From assembly GCA_043819035.1 (NCBI GenBank), contig JBDRFD010000029.1:1-43738 (forward strand): a stretch of DNA of 43,738 nucleotides. Reading direction: 5' to 3'. Of the stretch, positions 34,567 to 43,209 are shown in pieces. A program made the translations under genes and the position numbers. The stretch's first letter is position 1; each line of letters starts with the position of its first letter. Under the pieces are notes generated by a model. The model searched no databases, was not told the DNA's origin, and was given only the letters and a program-made list of their open reading frames with translations. The DNA is from Patescibacteria group bacterium (GTDB lineage Bacteria > Patescibacteriota > Gracilibacteria > Peribacterales > Peribacteraceae).

Positions 34567-35874
34567 CTAACGAGATATTTTGTTGCGGAAGGCGTTTCTC
34601 TCTTCAGGAAGAGGGACTTTGGAACGGTTGGGTTTTACACACATCTCCCCCTTTTTCATTGTGACAAAACTTGAGTCGGGAATATCTTCTCCTACGAGCA
34701 CATGGCTGCCAATAAATGCCCCGCTTCCTATTTTTTTGCCGGGATTGATTCCGCAGTGGATACCAAGGCGGCAATGACTTCCGATAGCAGTTCCAAATTT
34801 AATGAGTCCGGTTTTTATTTCTTCTCCTTGTACATTTGAATCAATTTCTCCTTCATCCAATCGCAGATTTCCCGTCACACTTCCTGCGCCAAAGGAAACA
34901 TTCGACCCGATCACACTGTCTCCGATATACGAGGAGTGCGTCCACACATGGTTGCAGAGAATGCCGGATTTTATCTCACTTGCGAAGCCGACGACGCAAT
35001 CATCTCCAATACTTGAGCCGCGCACCAGCGCGTTATTTGCGACTATACTCCTTTTTCCGATTGTGCAGGGGCCTTTGATCGTCGCAAAAGGGAATACTTT
35101 CACTCCTTCTTCTATGATGACGGGGCCATTGATCACTGCGCTGGGGTGAATGTCTGCGGATGGATGAATGTGCTGGGAAGTGACGTCTTCTAAGAGTATT
35201 GGCAACAGCTCGAGGATGTGCCAGGGGTACTTCACCGCCTGCCACACACCCTCATACGGAACCGCGTTGTAGGTATGCTTTTTAAAGAGCGCATCAAGCG
35301 CCTGTTCATATCCATCATCTGTCCCATCCTTTACTTTCGTAAGTTCTTCCAACAAAAGTGCCGCATCATTGTGCACATGTGCCACAATATTGACGAGGTC
35401 ACTGGGCTCACTCCCCTTCTTCGGCTTCTCGATAACAGAAGCGATTCGTCCGTCTTCCAGCTGGAGGTATCCTCCGGGGAAGTAACTCTTAACCCGTTGA
35501 GCAAGAAGTGCGCCCTGTGTCCCCGATTGCTTTGAAGATGCGATGAGATGTTTGTAAGCACCCGATTCAATCACGTCGTTTACACACACAATCAGTACAG
35601 CCTCCGATCCGCATTGCGGGAGGGCATCAAGTAACGCACCGCGCATACCAAGTTCCAGATCTTTCTGTTCGATGGCAGGGAACTGAGGGTATAGGTCGCC
35701 GACTTCTTCCAGGTTATGTGATCCTCCGATCAAGATGATGTCATGAAGCCCCGCCTCCTTCAGTCGGCCGGTCGTAATCTCCAAAAGGTTCGTTCCACAA
35801 ATTGGGAAGAGCGTCTTCTCACTCAATGGCCAGAAGCGCTTGGAACGGCCGGCAATAAGAAGGAGAACCCTCAT
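34567..35874 (-). CDS. Bifunctional-type sugar-phosphate nucleotidyltransferase with a C-terminal left-handed beta-helix (GlmU-like)
   Basis: The N-terminus is MRVLLLIAGRSKRFWPLSEKTLFPICG (nucleotidyltransferase G-x-G-x-R loop type). The C-terminal half has hexapeptide repeats (IGDDCVVG, IGSNVSFG, IGSHCRLG). I moved the start to 35874. Confidence 0.8.
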   Translation of the reverse strand: MRVLLLIAGRSKRFWPLSEKTLFPICGTNLLEITTGRLKEAGLHDIILIGGSHNLEEVGDLYPQFPAIEQKDLELGMRGALLDALPQCGSEAVLIVCVNDVIESGAYKHLIASSKQSGTQGALLAQRVKSYFPGGYLQLEDGRIASVIEKPKKGSEPSDLVNIVAHVHNDAALLLEELTKVKDGTDDGYEQALDALFKKHTYNAVPYEGVWQAVKYPWHILELLPILLEDVTSQHIHPSADIHPSAVINGPVIIEEGVKVFPFATIKGPCTIGKRSIVANNALVRGSSIGDDCVVGFASEIKSGILCNHVWTHSSYIGDSVIGSNVSFGAGSVTGNLRLDEGEIDSNVQGEEIKTGLIKFGTAIGSHCRLGIHCGINPGKKIGSGAFIGSHVLVGEDIPDSSFVTMKKGEMCVKPNRSKVPLPEERNAFRNKISR

Positions 35875-35952
35875 AGCAAGCGAGGGGAGTATAGGCGTGA
35901 ATCTTAAGGGGATCACGTGTTTTGAGGGGATTTTTGGGGTTACCTGTTCCCT

Positions 35953-36054
35953 TGTCTGAACCACAGATTACGCAGATTTCAACATAAGACCCTGTTGCTC
36001 CTTAAACTTGTATCAGTGAAATCTGCGTAATCTGCGTAATCTGTGGTTCAGACA
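35953..36054. repeat. Family A-related inverted repeat with a 9-nt unit expansion in one arm
   Basis: TGTCTGAACCACAGATTACGCAGATTT (35953..35979) pairs with AAATCTGCGTAATCTGCGTAATCTGTGGTTCAGACA (36019..36054). Confidence 0.85.
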
Positions 36055-36063
36055 GTGTTCATC

Positions 36064-36891
36064 TCAAAACTCCATCGACACCGTCCCCTCCTTCCGTGTT
36101 TCATGTGTTGGAATGCCAAGCGAGGAGTATCGCTCAAGTGTCCAGGGATCAGGATGGCCGAAACTATTTTCTTCTCCAACCGAGATGATTGCCTGATTAG
36201 GATTCACCACCAGGAGGAACTGCTGCGATGAAGATGTCCGTGATCCATGGTGTGCAACCTTAAGAACTTTTGATCGAATATCTGCTCCAGTATCGAGGAG
36301 TGCATACTCAGCCTCATTTTCAATATCACCCGTGAGGAGAATAGATTGATCTGCAAAGAGCGCACGTATTACTACAGATGAGTTGTTAAGGTTTTTGTCA
36401 TTGCGAAAACTTTTTTCAGGCCAGACCACATCAAGCACCACACCATCACCAAGGTCGATGTCTTCTGTAGGGTCAGCAATGCTCACGGGGATATGCTGGT
36501 TTTTCACTTCATGAAGAAGTGCCAGGTATCGGCTCACTTCTGCCTCTGTGCCGGCAAGAAGGATATGTTTGACCTCATAACGCTTCGCCACTTCGGGAAA
36601 AGATGCCAGGTGATCGGTATGTGGATGTGTAAGAACTAGCAGGTCAATGCTCCGGTCAAAGAAGGGCATGTACTTTCCGAGGTGTTCAAGTGTGGACATA
36701 TCCGGCCCCCCATCCACTAATACTTGCTTGCCGGATGGAGTAATAAGAAAAGTAGAATCACCCTGCCCTACATCCAGAAAGTGCACGTGGAGCTTCCCGT
36801 CCGGTAGGAGGATAAGCTCATGAAGCGCAAGCAGAACCGCAATAGCCGTGAAAGCTATAAGTAAACGCCGGAGGGAATAGGATGCACTCAT
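36064..36891 (-). CDS. Metallo-beta-lactamase fold protein, ComEC/Rec2 C-terminal-domain-like, with an N-terminal TM anchor
   Basis: Motifs are HFLDVGQGDSTFLITPSGKQVLVDGG, THPHTDH (the HxHxDH motif) and VAHHGS. Confidence 0.8.
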   Translation of the reverse strand: MSASYSLRRLLIAFTAIAVLLALHELILLPDGKLHVHFLDVGQGDSTFLITPSGKQVLVDGGPDMSTLEHLGKYMPFFDRSIDLLVLTHPHTDHLASFPEVAKRYEVKHILLAGTEAEVSRYLALLHEVKNQHIPVSIADPTEDIDLGDGVVLDVVWPEKSFRNDKNLNNSSVVIRALFADQSILLTGDIENEAEYALLDTGADIRSKVLKVAHHGSRTSSSQQFLLVVNPNQAIISVGEENSFGHPDPWTLERYSSLGIPTHETRKEGTVSMEF

Positions 36892-37058
36892 AAAAGTCCA
36901 CTACTCTACGGATGTGTACATGGAAATCAATAATAAAGAGGCCTAATGGTCAGTTGATATGTGAAGGAGTCGACAGGCGTGTTTATGTAGTGTACTGCCA
37001 ATGAGTTAAATGAGGGGGCGCCGACAAGCACAACAAATCTAAACAAAACAATTTGTCA

Positions 37059-37469
37059 TTAGGCTTCCTTCTTTAGTCCTTCTGCTACCGAAGATAGCCA
37101 CTGCTCTAAATGTTCCTCATTTGCAGGAGTCCCGTCTGGCTTTGGAAGGCATTGAATACCTGTTCCCTCTAATCTTCTCTTTATATGACGATTGCCCGCT
37201 ATTCCTGAGTAAAGGGCGACATTAGGTACTCCAGCCTCTCTTGCTTGAAGTGTTAGATTCTGACCGTCCTCTGTCCGATCCTGATGTAATCTACATCCAG
37301 ATACAAGCATAAATATCGTTTCAGCTTCTTGCTCTAGAACTGTCATAATTTTAACTACTACTCCTTCTTGTATCACTTCTAAATCCGGAAATGCTTTGCT
37401 TATAGCGGCAGCAACTTCTTCCATAGTGTCTTTCTTTCCGTCTACGACTAATGCTTTTGTTCTTTCCAT
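37059..37469 (-). CDS. Hypothetical protein (136 aa); possibly a receiver-like (flavodoxin-like) fold lacking the phospho-acceptor Asp
   Basis: ALVVDGKKD..., IFMLVSGC, ALYSG and LPKP loosely resemble CheY beta-strand ends. This is weak evidence. Confidence 0.45.
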   Translation of the reverse strand: MERTKALVVDGKKDTMEEVAAAISKAFPDLEVIQEGVVVKIMTVLEQEAETIFMLVSGCRLHQDRTEDGQNLTLQAREAGVPNVALYSGIAGNRHIKRRLEGTGIQCLPKPDGTPANEEHLEQWLSSVAEGLKKEA

Positions 37470-37574
37470 AATTGTATAATTAAAAAGAAATAAGGATTAA
37501 TTTAATCAATAAAACAGTCTTAAGTCAAGGTTGATCCCCGGAAATTCAACAAGGATTAGAATATGTGACACAAC

Positions 37575-37700
37575 GTTTCGGAATATGGGGCTTGTCCCCC
37601 GCCCGTCTCGGCGCGTCCGAGCCGCGACGGAAAGCCCCGTCCCGCTTAAGTGGCAGGACGAAGGCGGAAACCGTATATGTCGTGTAAGGCGACGTATGGT
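37575..37700. other. GC-rich, strongly self-complementary non-coding segment within an AT-rich spacer (candidate structured RNA or element relic)
   Basis: GGGGCTT (37584..37590) pairs with AAGCCCC, enclosing CGTC-TCGG-CGCGT-CCGA-GCCGC-GACG. A further stem is ATATGTCG-TGTAAGG-CGACGTAT. I found no match by eye to tmRNA, RNase P or SRP core motifs. Confidence 0.3.
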
Positions 37701-37989
37701 GCAGGCGATTTGTAATATACAGAAGAGACAGGAAAAGGATTTTTATTCCGTAATACTCCGCACTTAGAGTGCGGGGTAGTTCATTAAACAAAATACACAA
37801 GGAAATGTTGCACTGTTTCTATTGAGAAAGATTTAAGCAATCTTGTGTTTGGTTGCATAACAATTAAATCTCAGACTGATATGATGTTCACTTATGTTCG
37901 AGTAAGAATTCATTTTGATTTTTGTTATGGCGCAGGTAAATATTCTTGATATTTGAAACCACTGAATATTGTACGAATAGATTCACAAC

Positions 37990-38421
37990 TTATCCGGGCA
38001 TGACACGTGGATTATCGCTGAAGTCATTTTCTGCACATGCGTTGTAATACTCAATTAGCTCTTCAATCTGTGCTTCTACCAATCGCTCTTTAATGTGTTG
38101 TCGTTCGAGTGCAATTTTTAACAAACGAGGTGAGAGATACTTAATGTTATCCACCTCTTTTGCACTTGCATGCCCCTCTATTGCAACCATTGCTGCCTCT
38201 CCAACATCATCATCGTCTCGCAAAGCAAGAGGTAAGTCTCTTAGCAATAGAGGCTCTCTCGACACACCAAAGATTGCAACCCTCTTCATTGATTTAATGT
38301 GATGAGGAGCATCTTGATAGCTTCTGAAAAGATTCTTGCCCATGGCAGCAAGTACTGCTGATACTTCAATATCAGGATCAGCACCATCTTCTTGCCCGCG
38401 CATATCGTCAGGTGATGTCAT
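37990..38421 (-). CDS. Hypothetical acidic protein (143 aa)
   Basis: ORF from ATG 38421 (MTSPDDMRGQEDG...). No recognisable motif. Confidence 0.45.
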   Translation of the reverse strand: MTSPDDMRGQEDGADPDIEVSAVLAAMGKNLFRSYQDAPHHIKSMKRVAIFGVSREPLLLRDLPLALRDDDDVGEAAMVAIEGHASAKEVDNIKYLSPRLLKIALERQHIKERLVEAQIEELIEYYNACAENDFSDNPRVMPG

Positions 38422-38534
38422 AATTATATAATAACATAAAATGTTATAGATATCAATTGTGCTGTGCGGTGGACAACCTTTAAATACTGTTTTTTGTATG
38501 TTTTTCCCCTTCCCAAGCAAAAAATTCTTCGCGC

Positions 38535-38693
38535 AACACGGCTTATGTGGCTCGTCGGCGGCACTTTATGAGATTTCTACAATATTGACTGTGCCACCTC
38601 CTCGACCCAAATGCTTCGGCTGTAGCCCTGCGGGACATTATACAGCCTCGCACTTCACATAAGCCGAAACGTTGGCCAAAATAGATTTTTTCC
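38535..38693 (+). repeat. Structured ~155-nt element, left copy (inverted partner at 39721..39876)
   Basis: It is closed by GGCTTATGTG (38540..38549) pairing with CACATAAGCC (38656..38665). The inner stem is GGCTGT...ACAGCC around a CCC-TGC-GGG hairpin. The termini are AAC...GTT. Confidence 0.85.
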
Positions 38694-38899
38694 CTCCTTC
38701 CTGCCACCGTCGCACATGTGCGACGTGGCCTGCGGTTGCCCTCCGCTTTTCTTTTCGTTAACCGAACAAATACATTCAAACTACGATAATCGGTAGTTGA
38801 TTGATTGCTTGACTCTTGTATTGTTTCTGAGTTCCTGCAAGGGACGATAAGAGTAGGAACAGGTCCTGCTCATTCACAACTTTTTTCGGAGGAACGATC

Positions 38900-39619
38900 A
38901 TGTTTGGAAGAATTCAAGAATTCTGTGTACGTAGAGCGGATAGGTGTCGGATGAAAAAAGTGGCAGTAATCATCCGAAATGTCGATTGGCATTGGAATCA
39001 ATATCGACAAGAGCACTATCTGAACTATTTCTGGATTCCGGCTGGGCGTTCACGCGTCCTTGCTCGCAGATTGATACTCAAGAATCTGCGCAGCGCTGCC
39101 TATTACACCCTCGACGACGTCAGCAAATGGCTGATGATACTTCATCTCCTGGATAAAGGAATCCAAAGCACAGAAAGGTCCGGACAGGCTATCATCGATT
39201 GCCTCAGAGAAAGTGCCACGGAGTGCCAGATCGATATTATCGGCACTGTCTTTGAGTGCAATATTCCTGAAGCTATCGTCCGGAAGATATGCGATTCGGA
39301 AGAGAATGTCATATCCCTTCGCCGGAAGGGGCACGCAGTTCCTGCCGACATCCTTGATCCTCTCGTGGAACACGCTGCTGAAAGTGGCGAACTCGAGAAG
39401 CTCAGAATCCTATACGGAACTGAGCCCCCGGAACAATTTCTGCATGTATGCATGGAAGCTGCACGTACACGGAACATACCGGTGGCGGTTGAGTGTGCGC
39501 AGGTTCTCAGAGACTATCGGGCACTTGCCGAGATACTCTCTGTTGCAGGCACGCCCCACGAGATGCTCACAGCCAAGTTGTATCTTGAGGGACGAGTACC
39601 AGAAAGCGAACTCTCATGA
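38900..39619 (+). CDS. Hypothetical protein (239 aa) bracketed by the inverted structured repeats
   Basis: A strong Shine-Dalgarno GGAGGA lies 7 nt upstream of the ATG, which is unusual in this window. No recognisable motif. Confidence 0.6.
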   Translation: MFGRIQEFCVRRADRCRMKKVAVIIRNVDWHWNQYRQEHYLNYFWIPAGRSRVLARRLILKNLRSAAYYTLDDVSKWLMILHLLDKGIQSTERSGQAIIDCLRESATECQIDIIGTVFECNIPEAIVRKICDSEENVISLRRKGHAVPADILDPLVEHAAESGELEKLRILYGTEPPEQFLHVCMEAARTRNIPVAVECAQVLRDYRALAEILSVAGTPHEMLTAKLYLEGRVPESELS

Positions 39620-39720
39620 CCCGTCCAATTAAGAGCAGGACCACGCAAGCCCTGTACCACCAAGGTATGGGGCTTCTTAAACACGTACGAAAAGAAAAGC
39701 TGCGGGTACCTTGGAATTCG

Positions 39721-39876
39721 GGAAAAAATCTACATCGGCCAACGTTCCGGCTTATGTGAAGTACGAGGCTGTATAATATCCCGAAGGGGCACAGCCGAAG
39801 AATTTGGGTCGAGGAGCGCCGACCTCCTTAATTTAAAAATCAAAAAAGAGGCGCGACGAGCCACATAAGCCGTGTT
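39721..39876 (-). repeat. Structured ~155-nt element, right copy (reverse complement of 38535..38693)
   Basis: The reverse complement aligns with the left copy over a 23-nt 5' block and a ~95-nt 3' block at roughly 85-90% identity by eye. A non-homologous central hairpin sits between the blocks. Confidence 0.85.
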
Positions 39877-40018
39877 ATATGATGTACGTACTTTTCCTTT
39901 TACTCGCCAGAGCGAGACTGCTCTTAATATAATCCGATTTTGTTTCCACCTTTTTAGCGACGGGTAGAGGGGAATTAAAGGGGTGAATGCCCGGAGCACA
40001 AAGAAAACAACAAACAAT

Positions 40019-41527
40019 TTACAATTTTTCCAATGCATCCTTCAGAACCATCGTTGCCTTGCAATCATCTTCGTTGTATTCGAGAATTCTATCCATTATG
40101 GATTCATCTTTTGTTTCGAGATACTTATTGAACCATTGTATAGACAGCGCACCTGATGGTGTTTCGTCTCTCCATTTGAATTTAAGATATGTTGCTAGTG
40201 CTTTTAGTGAATAACTGCCAACAGGCCAGTCCGTATGCTTTTGTACAACACTGTATAGGTCAATAACATTTGGATTATCGTAAAAATCTTCAACCTCTTT
40301 CAATGTTATTACATCAGGATATCGTTTTTGTAGTCTCTTGTAGGTCGTTTTCTCATGATGTGAGTAGTAATAAACAGCAAAATCATTCGGTGGTAGTGAG
40401 TTAATGTAACCCCAAAAGTCCTGCCAGATTTTTTTCTCTGCATCATCGGAAATCTCATTGGCAGTAAAATGAACAAAGTGTTCACCGTTACTATTGCGCT
40501 CATAAACACCATGAAGGTAGACAAAATCTTGAGTTGGATCGTCTTCTATATCAAAAAAGAGCTCGTGGCTTACCTTCGGGAAATCTAAAGTGCCATACAA
40601 AACAGGCTTCTTTGTTCGATGTAGGATATTTGCTCTGCAAACAGCTTTTGCCAGACTATCTTTTCCAATTCGATACAAAAAATCCTTGTTTCCAGACTTC
40701 TTCTCACTCTCTTTTTGCTTCATTACTTCCTCAATATCCAAATCAACAAATTCGTCTAAGCTCTCGATGAGGAGATCTTCGTTGATTTTGTCACGGTTGT
40801 TCCTTCCTACGTAGAACACAGTTGTGAGATCCTGCGCTGCTTCACACCACTTTTTACAGGAATTGTACCATGGGCAAAGTGTGCAGACAGCAGACATAGC
40901 CGGTTTGTTTTTGTCCTGATTACTCATGAGAATTGCTACATTGTTTTTGACTTGTTCGTAGTACTCCCACCACGTCATCTTTGATCGTGGTCCCATAAGA
41001 GCGGATAAGTCGTACTTCACCTGCTCACCATGTATATCAATGACGATACCGTTATCATGAGAGCAGAATCCGATAGCCTTGAGGAGTTCGTTGTAGAGGC
41101 AAAGTTGCACAGCGTAATGCTTCTTTGGCTTTCCTTCGTCTCCCGTTTTTTCATCGGCTCCTTCTTTGCCCGTACCTGATTTAATGTCGATGGGCATGTA
41201 GGTATCATCTGGCAACTTTTTGAGGAGATCGGGTATGCCGAGCATGTTTTCATGAATAAGTACACCTTGGTAGATCAGCGGAGATTTGTTCTTCATTGCT
41301 TCAATAGTTTTCGTAAAACGCTCAGAGTGATTGCCTTCACTGAGATCCAGATATTCACCAATTTGAGAGACAATCTTTTCTTCATGCTTCACACCCTTTT
41401 TCCACAGGAGCTCAACGAAAGGGTTTGTTTCTTCAATTTTCTCTTCCTGTGGACCGTAAATGTCACGCCAGACGCGGTGAGGACATTGAATATAGTCGTA
41501 GAGCTTTGAGGCTGTAATATATGTCAT
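40019..41527 (-). CDS. TM0106-family RecB-like (PD-(D/E)xK, Cas4-like Cys cluster) nuclease fused to a C-terminal RNase H-like exonuclease-type domain
   Basis: The N-terminus is MTYITASKLYDYIQCPHRVWRD. Motifs are IPDLL...MPIDIKSG, the Cys cluster CTLCPWYNSCKKWC, and the C-terminal FFDIEDDP...YYYSHHEKT...DCKAT. I moved the start to ATG 41527. Confidence 0.85.
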   Translation of the reverse strand: MTYITASKLYDYIQCPHRVWRDIYGPQEEKIEETNPFVELLWKKGVKHEEKIVSQIGEYLDLSEGNHSERFTKTIEAMKNKSPLIYQGVLIHENMLGIPDLLKKLPDDTYMPIDIKSGTGKEGADEKTGDEGKPKKHYAVQLCLYNELLKAIGFCSHDNGIVIDIHGEQVKYDLSALMGPRSKMTWWEYYEQVKNNVAILMSNQDKNKPAMSAVCTLCPWYNSCKKWCEAAQDLTTVFYVGRNNRDKINEDLLIESLDEFVDLDIEEVMKQKESEKKSGNKDFLYRIGKDSLAKAVCRANILHRTKKPVLYGTLDFPKVSHELFFDIEDDPTQDFVYLHGVYERNSNGEHFVHFTANEISDDAEKKIWQDFWGYINSLPPNDFAVYYYSHHEKTTYKRLQKRYPDVITLKEVEDFYDNPNVIDLYSVVQKHTDWPVGSYSLKALATYLKFKWRDETPSGALSIQWFNKYLETKDESIMDRILEYNEDDCKATMVLKDALEKL

Positions 41528-41614
41528 ATTGAGTGCATGGTACGCTCTCAGTATGCTTGCGGAAAGGATCAATAGAGGGAACACACACTCTTGTATATTG
41601 CGGTTGTGTGATGG

Positions 41615-43207
41615 CTACACATCAGCGACAATTCCTAAATATTTTTTGAAGTAATTTCTCAGTCCATCATCAACAATGTAGATATATGTTCCGTGTATTC
41701 CCCGTGTGAGCAGTGTCTTATAAATGTTAATTATATAGCGTTTCAATTCTGCTGGGTCTTGTATGCCTGCATGGCCTTTTGTATCAAAGTACAACTCTTT
41801 ATTAACGACAAACGTTTTATTTTCAGAATCATACGATAGCTCTGGTCCAATGATGACACCAACGTAGTTCAGGTCATACCCCTGTATGGTGTGAATGCAC
41901 CCCACTTCGTTGATTGCATTTGGAGAATTCACCCAGTCGTGCGACGTGCTATTCCATACCAATTTGATGCCATCGATCTCAATGTCATAATCTTGCGCTT
42001 GCTCATCCTTTCCCTTCTTCGTGTTCCAAGGCCAAGCATATCCAGCCACGACGCGACAGAGTCCGTGTTCTATTTCTCGTTGCTTGATGTCGTTAAGGAA
42101 TGGGCGAATATCCTCATACAATCGAAATTCGTATTCACCGAATTTACGTGTGGTTGGCACCTGTCGATTGAACAGATGCTCGATGAAATCGATGTACTCT
42201 GTTCCGCCCTTCACTCTCACCTGTGTGGAAAGTTCAAAGTAGTCGGTATGGATAGCATCAAAGTCTTCTGCGCGTACATCGGAAGGCTTAATCGATTGAT
42301 TCTGATCGTAGAAAAGAACGTGGGCGCGAGACGACTGTAGAATCCAGTTCAGTTCAGTAGCATCTTCCGGTAAGTTTAATTGCTTGTTTATGGCATCAAA
42401 GGCGGCGTAATTCGTGATATTCTTACGTCGGCGCAGTCGGTGCGCCTCATCAACGATTAAGAGGTCGTATCCGCCTCTGGTTGCATCTGCTGGGCCAATG
42501 ACCATAGAACTCTTCAGCCCTTTTACGTGCCTGAAGACCTTTTGGACCGTTTTGCGCAGAGACATCATTGGCACCACCAGTCCCACATTCAGATGTTGCG
42601 TTTTCTCGTTTTCCTGCAGATATTTGAAGAGGTAGATGGCCAAGATTGTCTTGCCTGTGCCAGGCTTGCCGTTGACGATATAGGTGTGACTTTTTTGTTG
42701 TTCTAGATCTTCCACAATAGAGTGGGCGACAGACATTTGATCTTCCGTGAGTGATTTGTAAGGGGAATACTTAAAAAGATCGCCATTCTTGATTTCAGCC
42801 ATGGTATGGGTGGCCAGCTCCATCTCACGCAACTTTTCCCATGCAAGCTCGAACTTAGTCTTGTATCGTTCTTTGTCGTAGTAATTGTGATCCTTCATGC
42901 CTCCGTTTCCATTCTGTAGAATAAAACGTCCATCGCCGGACATGTACTGGATCAGCCACGATTCTATGTCCAGCGTTGCAGAGACGTTGAATTCCTCATC
43001 AGAAATGACATGCATGGTGGAAAGCTTCCGCTTCTCTACATTTTCGTAATGTTGTTTGCAACGAGAGAGAAGATGGACAGTTTGGCCGATGTAGACCTCT
43101 TTACCGTTTTCCGATACGTAAACGACAGGCCAATTGGTACCAAAGTAGTATTCTCTCCATCTCTGAAACGATTCGGGCTTGAACGGGAGGGAGTAGATTT
43201 TGGCCAT
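41615..43207 (-). CDS. GIY-YIG-like N-terminal domain fused to a DUF2075 (Schlafen group III helicase-like) P-loop ATPase
   Basis: The GIY-YIG-like segment is VVYVSENGKEVYIGQTVHLLSRCKQH. Walker A is NGKPGTGKT and Walker B is LLIVDEAHRL. The C-terminal segment is IHTIQGYDLNYVGVIIG. Confidence 0.85.
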   Translation of the reverse strand: MAKIYSLPFKPESFQRWREYYFGTNWPVVYVSENGKEVYIGQTVHLLSRCKQHYENVEKRKLSTMHVISDEEFNVSATLDIESWLIQYMSGDGRFILQNGNGGMKDHNYYDKERYKTKFELAWEKLREMELATHTMAEIKNGDLFKYSPYKSLTEDQMSVAHSIVEDLEQQKSHTYIVNGKPGTGKTILAIYLFKYLQENEKTQHLNVGLVVPMMSLRKTVQKVFRHVKGLKSSMVIGPADATRGGYDLLIVDEAHRLRRRKNITNYAAFDAINKQLNLPEDATELNWILQSSRAHVLFYDQNQSIKPSDVRAEDFDAIHTDYFELSTQVRVKGGTEYIDFIEHLFNRQVPTTRKFGEYEFRLYEDIRPFLNDIKQREIEHGLCRVVAGYAWPWNTKKGKDEQAQDYDIEIDGIKLVWNSTSHDWVNSPNAINEVGCIHTIQGYDLNYVGVIIGPELSYDSENKTFVVNKELYFDTKGHAGIQDPAELKRYIINIYKTLLTRGIHGTYIYIVDDGLRNYFKKYLGIVADV

Positions 43208-43209
43208 AT

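Noticed and set aside
33041-36000. A dnaA gene expected next to dnaN and the DnaA boxes
   Set aside because: The only ORF upstream of the box cluster is a nucleotidyltransferase/LbH protein. No AAA+ DnaA motifs appear in any frame across 34202..36060.
37531-37800. Protein-coding potential of 37531..37767 (+) and 37546..37800 (-)
   Set aside because: The two are mutually overlapping on opposite strands and Arg-rich, and they are confined to a GC-rich self-complementary block. They are more consistent with structured non-coding DNA or RNA.
37575-38780. tmRNA, RNase P RNA, SRP RNA or 6S RNA in the GC-rich island spacers
   Set aside because: By eye I could not find the tRNA-like GGGG...CCACCA ends, the GGAAAGUCCGG P4 motif or the SRP GGAA-tetraloop helix 8 motif. 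This is only a visual check and needs Infernal to be definitive.
38535-39876. Classical integron cassette (attC sites) interpretation of the structured repeats
   Set aside because: The two sites are inverted relative to each other, whereas attC sites in an array are co-oriented. The R-box matches to RYYYAAC/GTTRRRY are imperfect, and no intI is in the window. I kept it only as a hypothesis to test within the finding.
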